Positions 1-10,720 of a DNA stretch of 64,000 nt are shown in pieces. The position numbers and the translations under genes were made by a program. The stretch spans positions 744,001 to 808,000 of the forward strand of contig JAYWIR010000033.1 in NCBI GenBank assembly GCA_036172245.1. Direction: 5' to 3'. Each line of letters opens with the position of its first letter. Position 1 is the stretch's first letter. Under the pieces are notes generated by a model, which ran no database searches, had not been told where the DNA came from, and saw only the letters and a list, made by a program, of their open reading frames with translations. This DNA is from Raillietiella orientalis (taxonomy: Eukaryota).

Positions 1-1060
1 ACTATTACTTCTGCGAAGGGGATGCAGGCATTTGCTATACAGCGTGTGGCACACACAAAATTCATTTTGAATAAAACAGCTCATTTCTTGAACGAAACGT
101 AAACTATTTAGGAGTTGAAGCTGACAACTACGGCTGAGAACTGAAAAAAACAGAATACTTACAGTTCTCCGAGTGTTCAGCCACCGCCTATATACTTTGC
201 GTTCGCTCCAGCTCACTCTTGGACACGACAGGATGGCCTCGAGGCGAGTTCCCAGGATCTTCAACTCGATGCCGAACCCCGCACTTTCTCCCAGCCCCGT
301 ACCTCGATGCCTCCCTTGAGCCGTCTGATCTTCTGGCACCTCGGAGGCAGCCAGTTTCCGATTCAAGTACCGCACCGGAAGGAGACCTCGTTCGAGAAAA
401 AACGAACCACAGTGAAGTCGGGTGAAAATTCGGCTTTCTCCTCCTTTGTTTTGGGTGCTGAAAACGCAGCACATTTGCCCAGACGAACCCCACTCAGACG
501 GAATCTTCACTTTGATCCGACTGCCTAACATCTTCGACTTATCTTTCCACGGGGGGTGTTTCTGCGCAACAGATCGCATTCGGTGATTGGGGTCCCAAAT
601 GCCTTTTTTGGAGAACTTTTTTATACCAGTCTTCTCGCCCATCAATGATAAAAAGGGAGCAGTTTGAAAATATCCTTACAATTAGGTTTAGCATTAGGTT
701 AATGCCTAGCCGATTGGGGAGAGTACATGAAAGTCTGTAAAACACCTCGCAGCCCTCATAAAGTCTCAACGTGAACTGCAGAACCCCACACCTCACGATG
801 CAAAATCTCCCTTTCACTTGTCGAAACCTCGGGATTCAACAGTTCTGGTTTGGGAAAATTACGAATGTACCATCGGAGAGGCGTTTCGACCGTATGTACA
901 GTGCGCACCCACTACGCACGTCGGGAACACGGCCATGAACCCAGCCAAGTCTTCATTCTGGAAAGTTCCCGGTGCACGAAACAAACAGCCATAAACGTCC
1001 CTTGAAACAGATGGAATTGCAAACTTCCAAAAAAAGGTTTTCAAAGTCTTCAGAACAAAC

Positions 1061-1066
1061 TTTATT
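1061..1066 (-). terminator. Putative polyadenylation signal of Skp1
   Basis: tttatt (AATAAA on minus) about 105 nt downstream of the Skp1 TGA. Confidence 0.55.
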
Positions 1067-1170
1067 GAACTTCAGTCAGCAATTAATTTAAACTAATAAT
1101 GAACTCCTTAAGAATTTTCCTGTATATTTGTTCTTTTCAAAAATCCGAACGCCCAACAACTTATGAAAGC

Positions 1171-3374
1171 TCATTTCTCCTCGCACCATTCATTTTCTTT
1201 ACGGACTTGCTCCTCTTCACTTGGGCTAAAGTCATTTTTGATGTTGAAAGTTTTCCTGATCTCCTCTGGAGTTTTCCCCTTTATCATATTGGCAACGGTT
1301 TTACACGTTACATCGAGCAGACCTTTAATATGCAAGTAATTTGCTGCCTAAAAGCACAACAAAATTGACACTTCCACATTGGAAAATGTACACAGCAATA
1401 TCTTAAGTGTGAACCAATGCAACAATTCAAAGATAACTTTTGAAAACTTTGGGTAGGATTCAATAAACCGTGTGATCAGAAATGGAAAAACATTCTGATC
1501 ACACGGTTTATTGGATATATTTTTTGATCAACAAAAAAAATACCAAGAACGGCTACTGAAAATTCTAAACTTGGTTGGTTTAAAATAGAATCAGTTTGTT
1601 CGAAAGTCCATCCAAACACCAACCATATCATCTGGAAAACAGGATCCATGAAAAATTACTGCTTCAAAATACGACCACTTGTAACAATCTCCATTATCCC
1701 CACTTTTACCAATAAATTCATGTTGGCGTATAATAAACACCAAATAATATTCTGGTATATGCAGGAAACAGGAAACTCAAAAACAGTTTACGAATCTTAA
1801 ATGGGGAAGGAACAGATACACGATCCATTAATCCACATATTGATGGATCAATACACATCCAAATGCTGAAGAAATATTATCCAATACCGATAAATGCGGA
1901 TAAACAGATGTACAAAAATCATAGAAGGAACAGATGTTTCGAAAAATATCAATAGATCATGTGCCTAAAAGGAAAACGAAAACATTAAGGCACAACACAA
2001 AATACATGAAGTGTTAATGGGAGGACTCTGTAAGTGTTTTTATATTTACATTACAATTCAAAAGTAAAATCCTTGTTCTTAGCTTCATTTTGATGATGAA
2101 CATGTTAAACTGGTGATTGTATTATAAAAACAAGATTACAAAAAAATCCCAAGATTAGTTCTGGAAACAAAATCTCTGCTTTGTCAAATTAAGGGGAAAT
2201 GCAAGAGATAATCTGCTTGCTCAGCATGTTCCAGTTTAAATAAAATTGAATTATAAAGAGTATTTTAGTTTTTTATATGTTTGCAATCTATGCACCCTTC
2301 ATTCTACACAATAAATGAAATATTTTTGATGCTAATAAGATAAGATATATAATTCAACATGGAATTGAAGATTACCATCTTCAATTCCATGTTGAATTTT
2401 AGTAAGGCAAACTGCTACAATGAAATAACCAAAACGAGTGCAAAATGAAAGCTAGACTACTTAACCCTGAATTTTATATATGGCATCATAAATCATTAAT
2501 CCAGGTAGAACTTACTTGAACATATCAGTAGTAAAGGAAAAATGCAAACTTTAAGGGTAAGTACGGGTGAAACTATGCACTGTGTAACTGATGTTGCTTA
2601 CCAGTATCAATTCAAAAAGGGTGCCTTGATCAACCTTGAGAAAATCAGCATCCCAGCTTGATATGTCATCTGTTCTTTTTTCCTTGTGTTCATCATCTTC
2701 AGGTAATGGAGGATCATTGATGTGATAATTGGCCCACTGAATGACCTTTTTGAGAATGGATGAATTCACATTAGGCAATGGCACTGGCTCATCATCACCT
2801 TCCTCCATGCCTAAAATTTTGCACCAAATAGCCAACATTCAGTCAATATTACAGTTAATAACAAACGTAGCGTAACCTGTGCATTTTTCACAAAGGTAAA
2901 ATGCTTTTTTACAATTAACAGAACATTTGAATCAGTGCACTGCGTTGCATTTCTTTCTATGGTACCAAAAACGGCAGTTGATACTGTTGAGTGAATAAGG
3001 CAGTTTTGGCAATTAGAATATGTAGCAACAGTGAACTAATCATTCAGTGACGATTAAACCACGACTATAAAAGGGTTCATTTGGTAATAATTCATTGGGG
3101 CCACTTCAATGCCTTCGAGCAGTCCGCCAGCTCCCCTAGCACCGCGATTTTATCTTTCTCACCATGCTGAACAGAAAACACACACACAAACAAATACGTT
3201 TACTGTGAGCAAAAGCTTTTGCGATGGGAAAACAGAAAACGGTCCGTAACCATGCCACTGCTCTTCCTAACCTAGATCTTCCAGCATCGTTTTGATCGTT
3301 ACAGAGCACTTGGCCACCTCCACGTCCACCTCAAATACATCTCCCTCGAGGCTTCTCAATTTTATGTTTGGCAT
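1171..3374 (-). CDS. Skp1: S-phase kinase-associated protein 1 (SCF adaptor), 162 aa; exons 3374-3272, 2810-2602, 1347-1171
   Basis: Spliced translation [125 protein letters not shown] introns; 103+209+177=489 nt, in frame. Confidence 0.98.
1461..1513. repeat. Perfect 21 bp inverted repeat (11 nt loop) in Skp1 intron 2
   Basis: caataaaccgtgtgatcagaa / ttctgatcacacggtttattg. Confidence 0.95.
2351..2398. repeat. Perfect 22 bp inverted repeat (4 nt loop) in Skp1 intron 2
   Basis: aattcaacatggaattgaagat-tacc-atcttcaattccatgttgaatt. Confidence 0.95.
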
Positions 3375-3651
3375 GATGGAAAGTGGGAAACGTGTCGAAG
3401 AGCAAAGAAACACCAACACTTGACACCACCTGGGCACCTGGCGACGCTCGACAACCGATTCGTGCTGCTTTCACGCCCTGGGTCGCTTGTGTGCTTTATT
3501 CCTCAGCCCGCAGCACCAAACAGTGCAAGTGGCGCCAACACAAAAGGGGACGGAGAGGGGGAAAATGAAATAATAATGAAAAAAAAATGCCTCAGTGGAG
3601 CAGGAAGAGGACGAATAATGCAGTTTGCTTTCAACAAAACATATATATATA

Positions 3652-3695
3652 TACATCAGTTCTCCTATATATATATATATAGGAGAACTGATGTA
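3652..3695. repeat. 44 bp perfect palindrome centred on (TA)8, upstream of Skp1
   Basis: tacatcagttctcc-(ta)8-ggagaactgatgta. Confidence 0.95.
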
Positions 3696-4749
3696 CAACG
3701 AACTTGCCCTTTTCGGTTGCTCGGGTCATCACGGACCCCTTTTTATTTACTGGAATGCTTTGAATTGCTCGGCTTTCATTCGAAAGCAAAAAAGCAAAAA
3801 AAAAAAAAAACATGGCTCTAAACACAAATTCACTATTAACTGCGTTTCTGCGTAGTAAATATCGCCAAATTTCGTGAAAAGGTTGCATACTGCTGCACAT
3901 AAAAACCGGTGACTCGAGTGCATGCCAGGAAACCCAACCCATAAACTAGACATCAGTTAATAAGCAACTGCAAAGTTAAATTCATTATTAACTATTGATA
4001 ACGAATTAATCTTTCGTATGCATCCTACAAACTCATTATTCGCATAAACGAAAAGCATCTCAGCCACCTGCTTGGAAAGTGGACAACGTACAGTATCAAT
4101 ACTGTACCGTCTCAGTATACAATTATTATTGCATACAATTGCAGCATACAGCTACTAGAACATCACTGAATGAAATGCTTCATTTGCACTCAAATGGGAT
4201 TCTTGAAAAAGAATGTTCCCCAAGCTTGTCCAACTTGTTTCACAGTTTTCTTATGGAGACAGATAATGAAGCGACCAAAACCACAGGCCACAACCAGCTT
4301 CAGAATGGCTTGTTAGAGTCCAGCAATGGAAGTGAGATCTTCTTTTGCCCTGTCTAGTTGTCAATACGGATGCAGGAAAATTGCCTGAAGGTGCGGATGC
4401 TTCTGAAAAGGAAGTGGACCAATCTGATTTTCTGCAGTTGGGAGAATAACCAGCTTGGAGGAACTAGTGCCGTCTGATTGCATGCAGTCCAAAAAGCAGG
4501 GTCATACCCGGAAAGATGAGAAATCTTTGAAGAAGAAACGTACTAAGAAAAGAAGTGACCACCAGTAATTTGCATTCTAGTATGTTAGAATTGTGGCTCG
4601 AACAAGACACGGTGCAGAAACTCGTTCCTCTTAAAACGAAGGCTGTTTCAAAGAAGAAATGAAAGAATAAACATAAGAGAAGTAGTAAGGGGAGTCAGAG
4701 ATCCCATGAAGATCACCCATGCAAGGACCGTTGCCAGTGTCTCGCAATG

Positions 4750-5560
4750 TTCAGTGTCTCTTACATGTTTCCACGTATGTACCATAGCAAGTGAAAGCCA
4801 CTCTTACGTACATGATTCCCAACACGTCTACTTGTGAGAAACTAGATTTCAGAATTCCAATCCCAGTTTCACAATTTCTCCAATTCGTTCCCAGACTGTT
4901 GACCACTTGGCAGGAGTTTCCCAACAGAATGAGCTGCCTTTTCAAGATACTATTAGTTGCCTCATCAATGTGGACATGGATTCTGCTTGAACCAATTACA
5001 GACCAAATAGAAGTCTTTTATCGATGTTCAAATAATTTATGAATGGAAGATTGAATTTGAATTCGTTGAATAAGACCACGTCCACCAGGAACCGTTCACC
5101 TGTGCATAGAAATTCTCGAGGTGTTGATCCAGCATCCTTCTTCACGGGATGGCTATAATCTCTTCTGTGCAACTTCCACTTCAAGATTCCAGTTTGCCGA
5201 ACAAAATACTATGCTTATCAAAAGAGGAATGTGTGGTCCAGAGATTGCAAACGAGTCTTCTTACGTTTCCCATCTTTCTAGGATCGATGAGCATGCCATT
5301 CTGCAGAAAAGAAAACTATCCATAATATGTAGACTCCACGAAGACTGCATAATAAAGAGCTTAAAGTCGATGCTTATTCTTCTGGGGGCTTCAAAGCTCA
5401 AAGGCCGTGAAAATCTCCCATACTCCATTGATGGTCACTTCAGCTCTCGTTCCATTTGTGCTGACATCAAAAAGTGTTTGATCCAGTTCAATCTTTGCAA
5501 GGGATCTTATATCTGCGTAAGCAAATCAGATCTCGCTTTACTTGCACTTACCATACAATT
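4750..5560 (-). mobile_element. Degenerate LTR-retrotransposon (Ty3/Gypsy-like) integrase relic
   Basis: Minus-strand peptides PLSFEAPRRISIDFKLFIMQSSWSLHIMDSF and DYSHPVKKDAG resemble the integrase core (P..Pw.ri.iDf...ivD.fs; yHPqsnG). Many stops. Confidence 0.45.
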
Positions 5561-5570
5561 CATGCGTGAC

Positions 5571-5616
5571 TCCACTTTGCTTTACATGGTCAACTGACCA
5601 TGTAAAGCAAAGTGGA
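5571..5616. repeat. Perfect 22 bp inverted repeat (2 nt spacer)
   Basis: tccactttgctttacatggtca-ac-tgaccatgtaaagcaaagtgga. Confidence 0.95.
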
Positions 5617-6949
5617 CTGACCCTGACTTCCAGTGAGAGTGGGTCGATACTTTGTTGCAAATGTTGCTTTTCTGGTTTCGAACCGAGGTCTATTCCACCC
5701 TGATGATCACACCGGCTTTCTCTACAATCGAATGGGTATCAGTAATGGGCTAATGTATTCGTTTGAAATAAATTGGGGATTTCGGCGCTGTAGGAAATTA
5801 TATCCTGTGATTATATCATGTGCTTTAAATGGATATGCTTGTGCGGCTACATTTCCACAAACCACTCAACTGTTGGCAATGCTGCAGATGCAAAGCCTCT
5901 CTAAGGCTAGAAAGACTATTCTAGAGCTTAAATTCAGTAACAGAAAATATCCAGAATATTCCATTCTACTCATTCTAGGCTGTTCTAGATTTTTAGTTAG
6001 ATTTCCATACATTATCATTCCTGCTTAGGTGAGAAGGAAAGTAAATACTCTCCTTGTTTCCGACCATTTCACGTCTGATCCACACTCTGCAGCAGGTGCG
6101 TGTTTTTCTTACGTCTTAACATCTTATGGCAACTTAAACACAATGGTCCGTGCAGAATACTTCCACAGCTTAGTGTTAGGGAACGGAGATGAATGGGACC
6201 GCAAGGTAAACCGAACACACTGCAGTTCTGAGAAATAGTAGGTTTCTTCAAGATTTCCTGAGTTATTACAGCATCGTCATTCCTATGCTTGCAAGATGTA
6301 AAGTTCAGATGTAAATAGCTAGGGAACAGGAAACACAGAAACTGTATAGATGTATGAACATGGAATATCTGAACCACCATCCCTCTCTGTATTCGAAGAG
6401 TAGTGAAGCATGGAAATCTTTCTAAGAGGAGTTGATAGCGAAGGAAGCCTGCTATTGAAAGCTTGGTCCTTTGGAAGGAGATTAAGAAGTGGATTCATAT
6501 TTCAGTCATTAGGTACTAGGCAGAAAAAACTCAATAGAATAATCGAGGGGACGTAGGTCACCAGTGGTGTGAAACAAAGAAACAGGATGATCAAGCACAA
6601 TGACAAAACACAAGAAGGTGAGGGAGTGAGTGTGGTTTAGTTTAGATGGGAAAAGAAAGCAACGAACCAATAACCCTTAGGCCTTGGAACATGAATCACA
6701 ACCGGAGATATGATATGAATGTGCTAAGTCGTTTATGCTTTGCATAATTGATCACAGATAATTAATTAATTAATTAAGTGATCCGATCGAGTAAGTACTC
6801 TCATCTGGATAAACTGGTGGTCAAGACTCAGTGCAGAATAAGACTGTACCAATTCTGTCAGCATTAGAAAGCTCAAAGGTAAATCAAGCAGTTATCCAGC
6901 TTGACAACGGAGTTTCTTGCAAAATCAGAATTGCAATCAAGCGACAGGA

Positions 6950-8138
6950 CAAGGTTAGGACTCAATGAGAACAACTCCGACGAGAAGTTCGGCCTTCTCC
7001 TTGGACGCACGGCCACACTGGCCAAGGAGAACGGATGGATGGTATGCAGCCCCGCCAACTCCTCTGCATGGCTGGAGGAATCTGTTGGCACGTGGGCGAA
7101 GATAAACCATCAGAGAAGTGACAACTGGAACTGCCTATGATTTAGCCCCTACGCCTGCTGCACCCTGGGGACCATTCTGGAGTGTCCCGCCAGAGGCACT
7201 TGGGCGAAGACCACCCCTTTAGCTACGGCGCTGCCCTTCCTACAAAAGGCCCTCGTCAGAGGCCGTAAGCCGAAGTGGCAAGTCCCCTGTCGGATCGCGG
7301 GCAGAGAGAAGATGTGCGGTTGGACCATGGTAAAGCTGTCGGATGCCACGACCCAGAGCGTCCTTCCGCCTGGACTTTTGCGATGGGGCGAGCTGCTCGG
7401 CATCCCGACGGATGACTTGAAGTGGCCCCAGGTATTGAATGGTTCCAGGATTCTCCCCCTCAAGTGGCACGAGTCGGCGCTCTTGTTGTTGCATTGGGTT
7501 CTACCCTGCAACGTCCGCCGCTTCCATTGGACGAGGGAGGGGTAAACTCTGAGTGCGCCAGGTGCGGGGAGCGGGAGTCCCTCCCTCACCTGATAGTTGA
7601 CTGTCCTGCCCTCCGGCCCCTGTGGGAACGTTTCGGGATGATCCTTGGGATACCGGTTGGCGGCAATCCCAGAGACATTTACCACCTTCTCTTCGTGCGG
7701 GACGCCCTGCAACCAGCCGCAGCCCTGGCAGCACTTTGCTGCATCTGTGGGATTGTGGCGGCCTGGAGTGAAGCCGAAGATGAAGACGCCAACGAAAGGG
7801 ACGTCATCCCGTATGCTGTTCGCTTCCTGCAGAGAGCTACCGGATGGTCCCAGCTAGGTGGAATGAAGAAGGACCTCGAGGGCATCCTGCAAAGCATGGA
7901 CCCTCCTCCCAGTGGTGAGTGATCAACCTTCCTGGCCCTCCAAACTCTTTTTTTTTTTTTTTTTGGTTTATTTTTCTTTTTGTTTTTTCCCCATCCCCTT
8001 CCACTGCCGAGGAGAGCCACGCTGGTCTGCGTCCCGGCAGGTCCTGTCAAATGTTGGCCGTTAGTGGGGCCTTGTACCACGTATTGTATTGACTAGAGGA
8101 AGAGTTTGAATAAACGTCCCGGCGTATCCGGGTGGCAA
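6950..8138 (+). mobile_element. L1/Tx1-like non-LTR retrotransposon 3' fragment (zf-RVT region plus 3' UTR)
   Basis: CARCGERESLPHLIVDCPALRPLW (C-terminal CCHC of L1-type ORF2), then a T-rich tract, AATAAA at 8109 and a terminal cccgg-cgtat-ccggg hairpin. Confidence 0.85.
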
Positions 8139-9471
8139 CAACGAGAAGTTCGGGTGGTAGTGTATCCTAACGGCTGGCTGAACTGCTGAGCATCCATTTT
8201 CTTCTGGCAGATGGCATGGATCTGAAATTCCGGAAGGACCAACATGAAGCGGGGAGTCCTAAATTTAGAGATGCTCAGAAAGTAACGACCAAAAACAGGT
8301 CTTTCTGGGAATGCCTTTCCTCTGACAGAGGGGCGTAGCCAACCCTCACTCTTTGGACAGTAGAAATCTGAAGCAGCTCCTTTCGTAACTGAAGGAGAGA
8401 TTCCGCGGAACTCTCATCGTGAGCGAATGAAGATGGCTGCGAATTGATGTGAAATGTGTGCGACTCTCACGAAGCTTTTGCTGCTTTTCTGGACCCCAGG
8501 AAGACTTGGCAGGGATGTTGGAACCATCAGCATTGTCATGCCACTCATTCAGAACACGTGAAACGAGAACGGGAAACTTTCGATCGCTAAAGGAAAAAAG
8601 GGAGTTTTAAGCTTTCCAGTTCGCGGGGCGAAAATCGCCAACTTCTTGCAGCCGCTTTTCGATTCCTTGTCTTTTGCAAAGTTGAATTCCCTCGGTTGAA
8701 TGGCCGAATCTCACAAGTTACTGCACAGCGTTACGGACAGAGGTTGTGGAACATTTTTCAGGAGTGCTCTTCCTTTTCCTCCTTTCCATCACCGCCCCAT
8801 CCTTCGCCGCTTTCTCCGGAAGCGTCCGCAGTCGTTCGACAAGAGCACTTCCGAGGTTGCCGCCACGACCGCAGGAGGAGCTTTCTAGGTAACGGATCGA
8901 ATCTTCCTCGAAATGCAGGTCCACGACGTGAGAGTTTTGCGGACTTTCACGGTCAAATATTCTTCCTGTCCTCTCAGATTGCCAGTCCGAGTTGGGACGC
9001 AAATCCAAGCTGAGCTACTCTTCACAGGAATTGCCAAAAATTGTGGATCTGAAGCGATGATCTGAATCTCATACTCGTTGCCATTGGCTCCGAAAATTCC
9101 AACGGGAATCAGGAGAACCGATCGATTGCGATTGCCCAGTTTGCTTTGATGGCTCCCGGAAGAGTCGTCCAGGACACATCAAGTGCCTCGCGGGACTGAA
9201 AAAAGCAGTGGGGAAGGCGAGGATGCTTCCCTTCCCTGAAAAGCAGCCGAAGAGAAACAGCAGAAGCGATGAGATGAAGACGCCCTCGCGTCAGCTTCCA
9301 TCGGCTCAGAACTAATCAAAAGATCCAAGGGCAGAGGAAGTTGAAGGCTCCTCATCAGCATTAGTTGTTTTTCTTCTTTTTTTTTTTTGGTTCGCAAATT
9401 ACTCACTAGAACCATTCGCCTCCTCAGGGAACTCACGAAGCTTTTTTAACACTTCACATAAGGGTGTCTAT

Positions 9472-10720
9472 AACACCCGGTAAGTCCGGGCGTCTATTAT
9501 AAAAATAATAAATGTACATATGTAGGGCCATCGTCGGAAAATGTTCAAAACCTGCCGAGTAACCGTCACGCAGGCCGATCAGGTGGTCGGCCTGCGTGCC
9601 GGGAAGGGGCAAACGAAAAATAAAGATAAAAGTCAATAAAAAAAAAAATTCTGGGGGACATGAGAAGGGATCGCAGTCCGCTGGAGCGAGTACGTCCCAG
9701 GTGGGGTCACCTTGCTGCGTCCGCAGGAAGCGCTCGGCGAAGCAGGTCGCGTCCCTGTCGCGTCGTCTTCCTCTCGCGTAGCTCCAGGACGCCACAACCC
9801 TGTGTAGGCAGCAGCAAAGAGCTGCTGGGGATGCACCAGGAGAAAGGGCATCGCAGGGCAGCGCTTCATCACGTCCCTGGGATTGTCCGTCGATGCACCA
9901 AGGGCCGTTGCGTAGCGCAACTACAGGGGCCGGAGGGCAACACAGTCTATGAGCAGGTGCAGGTGCTGGGACTCCCGTTTCCCGCACCTGCCACAGTTCG
10001 GTCCCACAGCCCCCGGGTCCAGCGAGATCGGAGGGAGTTGCACTGGGGGCCCCAGGGCAACAGTTGAAGATGGAAACCAATCTGGCTTACACCGATCTAA
10101 ACTCAAATCATGTAGGATTTTCAGTCGAACAGACTGCTACTATGAACCTTATTCACCTCATAGATACCTAATTCAACATCGAGGTCGCCAAAATTTCACA
10201 TCAATTAGAACTCTCCGTGAAAATTATGCTGTTATCCCTTAGGGAACTTTTTCTTCGTTTCAAGATCACTATTACTCCATATATAATTATCAAATCATGA
10301 AGATATTCATTCATTCAATTCTTCATCATCCGCCCCAGATAACATCCTTTCAAAATCTCACCTTACTATCACTCTTTCAATTTCTCTAAGACACTCGTTT
10401 TAAAGGGTCTTCTCGTCCCTTGAATTCATTATAGATTTTTCACTATAATATTAAATTCGCCACCACAAAACAAGACAGCTTTGCTCAATACAATCCGCCT
10501 CTCACCACTTCAGGGGGAGGACTCGGTTGTTCTTCAGCTCTAAGGGCCTCTCGAGCACTCCCTGCGGGATTCTCAGCAGCTCTCCCCAGCTCAATAATCC
10601 TTCCGGTGGGGCACTTGGGGTCGCCGTGTCCATTAGCTGGTCCAGCCACCTAATTCCTTGATCCTAGGTTATAGGGACCATATAAGTTCAGGTCTGGGAG
10701 GACCATCCTAGGAATCCAGG
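9472..10720 (-). mobile_element. L1/Tx1-like 3' fragment interrupted by a NUMT
   Basis: CGRCGKRESQHLHLLIDCVALRPL; homologous to the 6950-8138 copy on both sides of the 10064-10494 insert; terminal cccgg-actta-ccggg. Confidence 0.8.
10064..10494 (-). pseudogene. rrnL: NUMT: mitochondrial 16S (rrnL) rRNA 3' region fragment
   Basis: The plus strand carries reverse complements of universal mt-16S blocks in the correct order: ggcttacaccgatctaaactcaaatcatgt (16Sbr-like site), caacatcgaggtcgc, tgctgttatccct, gggtcttctcgtc. Confidence 0.93.

Noticed and set aside
188..1044. Possible further DIRS-like RT relic
   Set aside because: Only a vague motif resemblance; not supportable without a profile search.
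10064..10494. 5' chimeric retrocopy (U6-L1 style) of mt-16S plus a LINE tail
   Set aside because: Element sequence continues colinearly on the far side (10495-10720), so this is an internal insertion.
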